Positions 54,774-64,000 of a stretch of 64,000 nucleotides of DNA are shown in pieces; position 1 is the stretch's first letter; each line of letters begins with the position of its first letter. The position numbers and the translations under genes are program-made. The notes beneath the pieces were generated by a model. It did not search any database and had not been told where the DNA came from. It worked only from the letters and a program-made list of their open reading frames with translations. The DNA is taken from positions 19,406,001 through 19,470,000 of the forward strand of contig CM022673.1 in the NCBI GenBank assembly GCA_012295275.1. The letters are read 5' to 3'. The DNA is from Chrysomallon squamiferum (lineage: Eukaryota > Animalia > Mollusca).

Positions 54774-57576
54774 GTGGGTGGTTTTACAGCTAATTTTTAT
54801 TTTTTATTATTATTTTTATTTGTTTGGGTTGTTTTGGTGGGGTTTTTTTTATGATTATTTAAAGAATTTAATACACACAGATAGAAGGTATATGGAAGAA
54901 AATGTGATATTCTGCAGGTGGTAACACCCATAGATAAGACATTACATAAAACAAAAAAGCTTAATATCTTGTTCAAAAATCTGTTTCGAAAAACCTGTTT
55001 TTAGCAGATTATGTTTTAAAGGATTTTCTAATGTCATAGAATGGAACGGTATATAATCTGTTGCTAATAATGAAATAAAGTTTTGTGCAGTACATACAAA
55101 GCATCCTGTAAAGGTTACTAAATGACATCATTTAGACATACAAAAAATATATAATAATAATAATAAATAAAGAAAATAAAGAAAGAAACATAGTTTGGTA
55201 AATCCTAGGAAGCAAAAGTGAGTTTTCTTATAGGATGACATTAATCAGTGTTAGCATATTTGGCCTCTGTTAAAACAGTTAGTTTTCAAAATGGTTTAGA
55301 CCAAGGACAAGATTATTTAATAAGCAATAACAATAACATACAATTATTTAAAAATTTAGTAAATATATAAGCCACTATTCTCTTGACTTCTGAAAAGTGA
55401 CTGAAATGGTTCTATATCTGTAACAGGGTTAATTAGTAATTTGTTTTGTTAGGTACTGTATGAAGTTAGTTTTTGTTTTTGGTTTATCATAAGTTAGATT
55501 ATATGGGAAGTTTATATCAGATTTGACAGAAATTAAATTTGAAAATTTTTAATTCTGAAAAGGAAATAATAAGTCTCACAAATGTGAAATGGCAATTTAT
55601 GGCACAGCTTATATGACAGTTTTTATTATAAAATCAGGAAGAGGTTGAAGCCTGTCAGGATACAAAAGGACAAACAAATGCAGCAGCTATCCTCCTGCGA
55701 AAACTTTATTATTATCCTGGTTGGATTGATGGATTAATTAAAGTCTTGAAATACAAAGAAGTTGGGCTGACTCACCTAGCTGATGAATGTGAAAAGTGTA
55801 AATGTATGTATTATAACTTCGGTTGAATTATTTGAAACATTCCAGAACTATTTGCTAAGTCACTTTTAATGATATAATATTAAAACAGCTGATACTTTTA
55901 TTAAAATATATTTATAAATATGATAATATTTTTAATAATAATAATTTTTTTATTATTATTATTCATTTCTCCTATTTCGCCAATAAATTAATTCTGAATT
56001 AAATGTTGGATTTTACGTTAGGATTGATCTGTTAAAATGAAGCCACATTTTAAGTGCATTAATTCATTTCTATTCATTTACCATTTCCATCCTCTTCTCA
56101 CATTGTGATAAAGTTAATCTCTTGCAGGTACTCTTGTGCTTACAGCCTACATGATAATGGATTGTAGAACCATGTTTTAGAGTTTTTGTATCAAAATTAA
56201 AACAATGAATCTGTACAAAAATGTAAACTTTGTTAATCATCATAAAATTCAAAGTTTCACCAAGTTCACACTCATTGCTGTCTGTCACTTACTTGTAATG
56301 GCTGCTGATCATTTAGATTATTTAAAAGGAAATGAATTTATTTTTTTCATTAGTTTCTGTTGATTTCATAGAAGACATTTATACTAACAACTACTATATA
56401 TTTTGACCAGTTATAACTTGGCCCATTATCTGAATAAGATTAAAGAACCAAATCTGTGAAAGGCTTATATGATCAATTACATAAACATATTTATTTATTA
56501 TCTTCAATTCAGTAATAATTACTGTTTTGATGAACAGTCAGAAATTAAAATTAATTTTGGTTATAGATTTGAAGATGTTTTTTCCATTATTATTTGTAAT
56601 GAGGAAGGGGGTTTCTTGTGAATTCTGTCAGTGATAGTAATCTTACAATGAAGACGAGCCTAAAACAAAATAGAATTTACGAATAGTATGTTGATAACAT
56701 AAAAGTAAGTGATGAGTAATATGATGTCCATTAATGACATATAAATTTTCTGACTTAACTGATTAGCTCAAAACCAGTTTTAGAATAATGTTTTGTAAAT
56801 TTTGGAAAAAAATTATTTTATATCTGAGCTAGTTTGTAGAAGAATCAAAAATGTTATTATAAAATGATTTTAATCCATCTCTAAATTTATTTAAATGTTC
56901 AACTAGATGTAATAAATAATAAGTTCATTCATCTGGGCCTGTCAATCTCATACTAACAGTTCCAAGCAGATTTACATTAAAATAGTTACTCTTACAAGAT
57001 ATGGCTGATCGGCCAATATTCATATATACACACACAAACACATAATGAAATATATTGAAATCAAAATGTAATAACATCATATAAATATATAATGGTTTAT
57101 TATGAATAAAATCAATAAATGTAGATCATAAACATATTCTATTCAACTTGTGCTCCACTCAGGCGGGCACATGCACAGAGAAGTTGCAGAGCAAAATAGC
57201 CACCACTCTAGTAGTCTCCACAGAACCTTGTGGTTTCCATCTTAAATTTTCGCAGTTTCCTAAGTAACACCATTCAAAGAAAACTAACATGAAAGGGATC
57301 AATTCATGTAACATTATATTTTTGTATTTTAATAATAATAATACAAAGAGACTAACCCATTAATTACCAAGGTTGATCGACATGAGTCATAAAATTTTAC
57401 CATTACAACTTTTATATTAATAATGAGCAAACAAAAATATTATTTCAATTTATTATAAAATAAAGTAGTCCTACCAGTCAATTTTGTATATATATAATTT
57501 TAAAAAAAAAGTAATAATAAAGGTATATGTCACAATTATGTGTATTTTGTCTTTCTAATTTCAAAATATTTTAATT

Positions 57577-57607
<31 letters not shown>

Positions 57608-58772
57608 AGAAAAAAGTATTATTAAGATGAGTTTATTTTTAAAGTTTAACATGAAAATTAAAAAAATTATTAGCTTTCCAAAATCATTTATAAAAAAATG
57701 TAAAATATTGACAACAATTCAATTATGGATAAGGAATGATCTGTTTATTCAAACTGTCAGTAATTTTCAGTTAAACAAGCATCCTTAATAAAGTTTTATA
57801 AAAACTGAATGTGGTATCTGAAAAGATTTCTGGATTTTGATTGTGATGGCATCAAATCACATCTTAATTACTGTGTTACATCAGCAATGTTATTGTATTT
57901 GTTATATTTTGTTTTTATGTATGTATGTATGTATGTATTTTTTAAAATCTTTTTGCTCTCTGAATTATTTCAACTGAAATGCCATTAGGTATTAAACAGC
58001 CAGTTATAAGGAATTTGGAAGAGAAATATTTGTATTACACTAAAATAATTAGCTTACTCATTTCAGCTGAGATTTTGGCAGTGATAGAGGTAACTGGTGA
58101 TGTTGATATGAGACCTGGTGTTGAGAGTATGGAAATAGACACAGAAGACCCCCAAGTTGAAACTCAAATCAAATTGGCTGAATTCTTTCAGACAGTTTTA
58201 AATAATCTCACACAGGAAGAACAGTTTTCACAGATTCTGTATCATTTAAATCAGGTAGGAAAATTGATTTTCTTTTTTCTTTTTTTGGGATAGGTAAATG
58301 AAGGACTTCATATCAAAATAAAAGCATATCTACAACAACATGACAGTCACAGCATGTGATTATTCGTTAATTTCATCTTTATGTTGTTACACACTCCCGT
58401 ACTTTGGACTTTTAATAAACTGACTCTAGTCTAACAGGTAACACAATCATAACATAACAAACAAATATTGTTAATTTATATTGTCACCAAAAGATTAAAC
58501 AGTTCATGCTCTCTTTCATAACTGTGTAAATATTTGGGTTGGAGTCACTTGAGGCCTTGTATCATTATCCTTATATAACAAAATTTATTACTAACCAGCA
58601 GAGCTTTATTCACAAAATTATTTTGTGAATCAAGAATGGCCCTTTCTGTATTTACTGCTTTCAAAGATTTTTTTTATTTGATCAGTTTTTGTTCTTCATA
58701 ATAATTTGGAATTTGGGGTTTTATTTATTTATACTTTTTTATTATTTTTATTTTTGTTATTTTTGTTATTTT

Positions 58773-58807
<35 letters not shown>

Positions 58808-61800
58808 TTTTTTATTAAATCCCCAAAACACTAAATAATTTTTGTTATTATTATTATTATTTCTTTGTAATGTGAATGATGTTTGTAGATTTTCATTTTT
58901 CTGGATTTTTTTGGTAGGAAAAATGTTTCAGTGACTTTTCAGAATTTTGTACATGTACTCAATAAATTGGAAAATATATACTGGAGGAATGTTTTTAACA
59001 AAATTTAAATTTCTTTTCAGATATCAAAAATGATATGTGTTGAAGCACAACCAGGATGTATCGAACTTCTTCTAAGACTTGATAATCTCAACGATCTGTA
59101 TGTCTTTCAAGAATACTATAAAGGAGGTGCTCTCCAAGATGCTTTAGAAAAAGATATTTTAACACCAGAACAGACTTATAAAATTAAGACAGCTGCAGAA
59201 AACTTTGGATTAAAGATAAAATCCTTGAACATTTGTCTTTCAATAAAAGAAGAGGAAATTGAAAACTGTTTCAGATATCTGAAAGATAAAGGTAAATTTT
59301 CAAAAAAAAATTGAGTTTAAAAACATGTTGTGAAAGCCTTCTGCCTTGTTAGATCAATACTGCATATTGTTTTGTTCCAGGACACATTTCCTTTATTTAT
59401 GAAGAGAAAAATTCCATCTTAATGTCTTAATCTTGCTAATTATTATACATCGACTAACTATATCACATAAGAAGGTCAGAATAGTAGCTGGAGGAGTCAT
59501 GGTGAGAATTAAGACCTGGGCGACACTTAAAAGGCAGCACTTTTGGGTTGTTGTTACAAGCCTTTATATGGTGCTTGTCTTTCTGACTGAGCAACCTAAA
59601 AATTAATATTTCCGGTTTTCTAATTTATGCCTCCTAAATATATTCTATCATCTAGATCTTTTCATTGAAAGTAAACTGACTATATTCAAAATACAAAATA
59701 GAGAACAAAAATGTTTTCTTTTGTGACTTGTACAGTCATCATATTGTTTTCAGAAAAAACAGTTTTCTTACCTCTTTTAAGCAGAACATTATCAGATACC
59801 TGTCAACTATAAATCCTTTTATAATACCAACAATATATAAATATATAAATCATCTGTCTCATAATGAAATTGCCTATCTATTTTGCAGATATCTTTAGCT
59901 ATTTTATATTTTTAGAGAAGAAATAAAAAATCAGTTTTAACCCTTAAATTCATAAAAAATCATGTTTTAAACATAAATGAATTGTTTATTTTCTTTCAGT
60001 CATATTAACTTATCATCTCCCAGTTGCTTGTTTATGTTACTGTATACCCATTAATAAGTGATGTTTACATAAATCTTGTGACAATACCAATGTAAACTAG
60101 TAATCTATAAGTTGGCCATGAAGGGATAAGATTCAGTTGTTTTGTAATGATACTATTTATTATCAACTTTGTTAATCAACTTTGCTGATTGGTTTTCAAG
60201 AACAAAATAATAATTTAGAAGTATAAGAAATTTAGTTCTTTATCAAATATTTTTGGCAGAGTAACTCTACAAAATATTTACAAAATAATCAGTGGCTTAA
60301 TGTCTTTTATAGACATGCTGAAAGTTAAAAATTCTTATACAGTTTTGGTAAGGGATAAAGAATGAGTACATTTTAGATAATTTGTTCAAGGATTAATATA
60401 ATTTAAAACTGTATTTAATCCATTTTAGAACTAAATGATAATGTAGCTACTGAATTAGTACACTTTTTTTTCAAGCGTATATATGTGTATGCATGTGTGC
60501 TAGCTACATATATTACAAATTGTATATTTTATTTGGTCTAGGTCTAAATGAAAACGGTAAGTGTGTGAATGGTACCATTAATAGCAAAAATAATTTGATT
60601 CTAACTAAAATATATATGATCAACATTAGTCTTAGATCAGCCTCTGAGCCTTCGGCTTACTTCATAAAAAGTTGTGTTAGAGGTGTTTTTACTGAGGTTT
60701 CACAAAATAGTCTTACATAAAAATAAAGTTTGAATGACATAAATTTTTCTTAGGACAGTTTAACTCAAAACATTAATTAAGTAATTTATTTTTTTGTTTG
60801 TTTTGTATACAATGAATACACTATCCTTTTGAGAAAAAGACTAAGAACTAACTAGGACTTCATGCAAAAAACAAAAAAAAAGTTATAAAAAAACAAAATA
60901 ATACAAGCAGCACATACTCTGGCAAAATTCAAACTCTTACTATTGACACACATCATACAACTAATACTCAAAACTATAAAATTATATTCAAGTATAGCTT
61001 ATTTCTTCTTTAAATTCTGAAATATAGTAAAATTTACTACTGTGGCAATAAAATAATTTTTGTTATTATTTGCAGTATTTTAAAATCTTTATTGCCCAGA
61101 ATTACTGAAGTGTTATGATACAATTTTTCATTTATTTCATCATTATTTTGCAGAATCAACTCCAAGAAAAACATTTTTGGAAGCATTGCTGTATCCTCTG
61201 CAGGATGATACAAAGAGGCATAGAGAAATACTTGAGAGTCAGCACCTTTGGCCACCAGTCTATCAAGAACTTTGGAAAAAAACTATTGACCCACAAAAAA
61301 TTGAACAAAGAATGGTAAACTGTTCAGAAATTGCTGATCTGATTCAGTTTGTTCTTGATTTCATGGAAAACAAATTTGTTCTGAATGATACATTGTTAGA
61401 AGATATGAAAAATATTTGGCTTGCATTAGTTTGTAGTATTGAAAATGAAAAACAAATTGTTATAATATCAGATTATTACGGTTTGTCTAAAATATTTTTT
61501 GAGGAAAACGTAGCTATGGAATTTTATACAAAGTATGGTTTAACTCTTGAGAGCAGACTTCAAAACAGTGTCCAAGATTTGGTCAAAAATGGAATTCTTA
61601 GACAGGTGTCAGAGACTGAAGATGGTTATGAATTTTCCAGCATACTTCTCAGGGATTTTGTTGCCTATAAAGTATGTTCTTCCCTTGGAAAACTAATTGG
61701 TTCATATTATGATGGATTTAGATACATACTGCATACATACACTTTTCTTAGTGTAACAAGTCAAAAGGATGATATGATTGCTCCTTTCCTTTCAAAACTT

Positions 61801-63492
61801 GATTCCTTACAGCAACTAAACTTGGTTGGCTTGGCCATATCATGGGATAAATTACATTCTGATAATCGTGGAATGGAGTTTGTGGAAAATGTACTGAAAT
61901 TTGAGATTCTGGATCTCTGTGATAATAGTGTGGTAAAAAATATGAAATATTTCAGAAAACCTCTGAAAATGCTACACTCCTTTCAAGTTAAAGTCTGTCT
62001 TCCAGATCTGTCAGGTTCATTGGCTCATGTTGTTAATGAACTGATAAATAAGACATCAAGAGAGTCTATTACTATACCAGCTGAAGTTTCTTCTCTCTGT
62101 GTGGAAAAGTTTGAAGTCATTTTGAAAGTTCTAACAGTACTTGATTTTCACCCAAGTATACGTGAAGACAAAGAGAATAAAAATAACTTTCTTACTGATC
62201 AGGGTTTATTTCTCGAACAAATTTCAAATACTGTAGATATGAATCAGTCATTTGAACTTATTTTTTCAAAGATCTCACTGTGTTATGACAAAATTGAAAA
62301 ATTGTGCCTGTTTGTGCCATGTATGCAACATATCTCCAGATTTATTTTGAAGGAAACTAACCTGAAGAGATCAGAAGCCGAACATTTATTGTCACTGATG
62401 GATCCATCTGTGGTAAAGGGAATCTCTCTTTCTGGTTGCTCTTTAGAAATGTCATCTGGACCAATTGGTTTGTCCCAGTTTTCAAAACTGGAATTTCTTG
62501 ATCTTGATCATACAAACATGCAAGATGCTGGTATACTTTCTTTAGAAAAAGATCTCAAAGGTATTCACCAACTGAAGGAACTAAACATTAGTTATAATAA
62601 CATCAGTACTGTAGGACTTTTACAACTGTCATCATTTATAGTGGACAGCAAGCATCTGTTAACACTTCGCCTTCATGGCAATAGTTTTGGTGAAACTGGA
62701 GGGTTTATACTTGGAGTTATCCTTTCCAGAATGAGCCAGCTGGAAATACTAAGTGTGAGGGATTGTAATCTTCAAGATATTGGTATGGTTCATCTGTCTT
62801 CATCCTTTTCTAATCAGACCTGTTTAAAGAGATTGTCTGTAAGGAACAACAACATCAAAGGAAGTATGTCTGTTGAAATATTTGAAAATTTGGCAAAATG
62901 TCAGTTCCTCTTGTTTATGGACTACAGTCAAAACATTATTATTCCCGATAGAGAAGAAGGAAAATCTGATTCTGACATGATCTCTAAAGCTGTACTCAAA
63001 CTTCTAGCAGGCACCCATTTCTGGCATCATCTTAGTTTTTGGAATTGCAACATCAGCAAGTCAAATATTTTTGATAATCCTGCTCAGCTGAAACATCTTT
63101 ATCAAATCACCTTTTTATGTCTCCAAACAAATCATATAGATGATGCTATGGCTAAAAAAATATCTAGCTGCATTCATGAGTTTAGATTTCTTCAGGATCT
63201 TAATTTGCGGGATAATTCTATTGGTGATATTGGTGCTGTCTCTCTAGCTTCTGCCTTAATAAACCACAAATATCTGCACAGTCTGTGGCTTGACTGGAAT
63301 GTCTTTGGTTATCAAGGTGCAGAAAAGTTAATAGAGCTGGCCTTAAATCTTCCAAATATTGTGGACTGCAAATTGGCCAACCACCATCTTGCACCTCCAG
63401 AGAAAAAAAGTCTTTTGGAAAAGGTTGGTACTGCAGTTGTTCGTGAAACTGTTCATGAAGTCAAAAGAGGGAAATTAACTATTTTACTCTAA
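54609..63492 (+). CDS. NLR-like protein, ~1042 aa: CARD - TRADD-N-like - helical/WHD remnant - RI-like LRR (exons 54609-54773, 55638-55803, 58067-58254, 59021-59291, 61154-63492)
   Basis: Intron phases 0,1,0,1 all compatible; total 3129 nt; in-frame stop upstream of ATG 54609 within the exon that starts at 54541. Confidence 0.8.
55638..55803 (+). CDS. NLR-like exon 2: CARD C-half (EEVEACQDTKGQTNAAAILLRKLYYYPGWIDGLIKVL…THLADE)
   Basis: Not in the ORF track; AAATCAG acceptor; GxxxAAxxLLxxL…GW…L pattern; alternative same-phase donor at 55797. Confidence 0.8.
56082..56210 (-). CDS. Candidate minus-strand exon inside NLR-like intron 2 (IHCFNFDTKTLKHG…QCEKRMEM)
   Basis: TTTTTGTACAG acceptor; ATG/GTAAAT donor; 129 nt open in phase 0-0. 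Confidence 0.35.
58067..58254 (+). CDS. NLR-like exon 3: acidic linker and start of TRADD-N-like domain
   Basis: TTTCAG/CT…CAG/GTAGGA; phase 1-0. Confidence 0.75.
59021..59291 (+). CDS. NLR-like exon 4: TRADD-N-like domain (GCIELLLRLDNLNDL…YYKGGALQDALEKDILT…LSIKEEEIENC)
   Basis: TTTTCAG/ATA…AAAG/GTAAAT; motif pattern seen in invertebrate death-fold/NLR proteins. Confidence 0.75.
61154..63492 (+). CDS. NLR-like exon 5: helical/winged-helix remnant plus ribonuclease-inhibitor-like LRRs
   Basis: 779-codon open frame; LVKNGIL…YEFSSILLRDFVA WHD-like motif; repeated ~28-aa LxxLxLxxNxIxDxG. Confidence 0.92.
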
Positions 63493-63783
63493 CTCCAATT
63501 TCTAATCCTCTGTTGCTGTTTTTGTTAAGATGTTCTTTTGGACCAAAGAAATAATGGTTTAAATACATTATTAATATGTCCATTTTTACTGCTGCACTGT
63601 AAACGATACAAAAAGTGGTGAATACACTATAATTTAAACAAAATCACACACACACACACACAGGTTAGAGGAAATATACATTTCCAGGAAATTTAGGAAA
63701 ATGTGTATGTCTGAGTCACTCATTCTGGTAAGAAAACCAATAGTAATGAAAGAGTAGTTTACATCACATCAAGCATACATTAC

Positions 63784-64000
63784 CTGAGCATTTCCAGTAA
63801 CTTCATTGGATATAGTTGTAGAGTTGAACTTGCTGAATCAGTTGCATCTTCATCAGGAACTGGCAATAAACTAGCTACAAGTAGATAGTCCTCTGACAGC
63901 AACTGGTGGACAATTTCAAGAGGGAGGCTAGATGATGAGAGACCAGTGTAGGCACCAGAACCCAACAATGCCACAAATGGGGAACACTTAATTATACTCA
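63784..64000 (-). CDS. Internal coding exon of an unidentified minus-strand gene (SIIKCSPFVALLGSG…MKLLEML)
   Basis: Frame open to the window edge; higher GC than flanks; ends CTCAG/GTAATG donor (phase 2). Confidence 0.55.

Noticed and set aside
54940-55105. Minus-strand open stretch (CFVCTAQNF…KLFCFM*) as terminal exon of the antisense gene
   Set aside because: Phase-1 acceptor does not match the phase-0 donor at 56082, and no linking exon could be supported
56293-56429. Additional minus-strand exon ending at a GTAAGT donor
   Set aside because: All three frames contain stops as assembled; cannot be supported without invoking an error
59754-59812. Plus-strand exon that might supply missing NACHT sequence
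   Set aside because: Reads EKTVFLPLLSRTLSDTCQL then stop; no NTPase motif and no good donor
1-64000. tRNA/rRNA genes
   Set aside because: No cloverleaf or rRNA-like conserved sequence recognised by eye

Overview
AT-rich, intron-containing animal genomic DNA (invertebrate; mollusc-like by inference), not prokaryotic, so the ORF track is mostly misleading and I rebuilt genes from GT-AG splice sites and intron phase. (1) 1-35789 (+): 3' part of a very large secreted mucin/SCO-spondin-like gene. It has six ~1.78-kb tandem units (each a two-exon ~115-aa Cys-bracketed beta-rich domain plus a Pro/Thr/Ser exon), then 19 full ~788-bp units plus one truncated unit (two Thr/Ser/Val/Pro exons per full unit), then 12 phase-consistent Cys-rich exons (5 TSP1, 2 TIL, VWC-like, C-terminal cystine knot; stop at 35789). 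(2) 36-54 kb: non-coding DNA with a TA-flanked MITE, degenerate foldback/hAT remnants, a perfect 27-bp hairpin, a candidate immune-type promoter and two adjacent Sola2-like DNA transposons (GRG...CYC ends, 4-bp TSDs). (3) 54609-63492 (+): a 5-coding-exon, ~1042-aa NLR-like gene with a MAVS/RIG-I-type CARD, a TRADD-N-like domain, a helical/winged-helix remnant and RI-like LRRs, but no recognisable P-loop NACHT domain. (4) A minus-strand coding exon at the right edge whose downstream exons may lie inside the NLR-like gene's introns. All domain calls are by-eye motif recognition and need HMM/structure confirmation.
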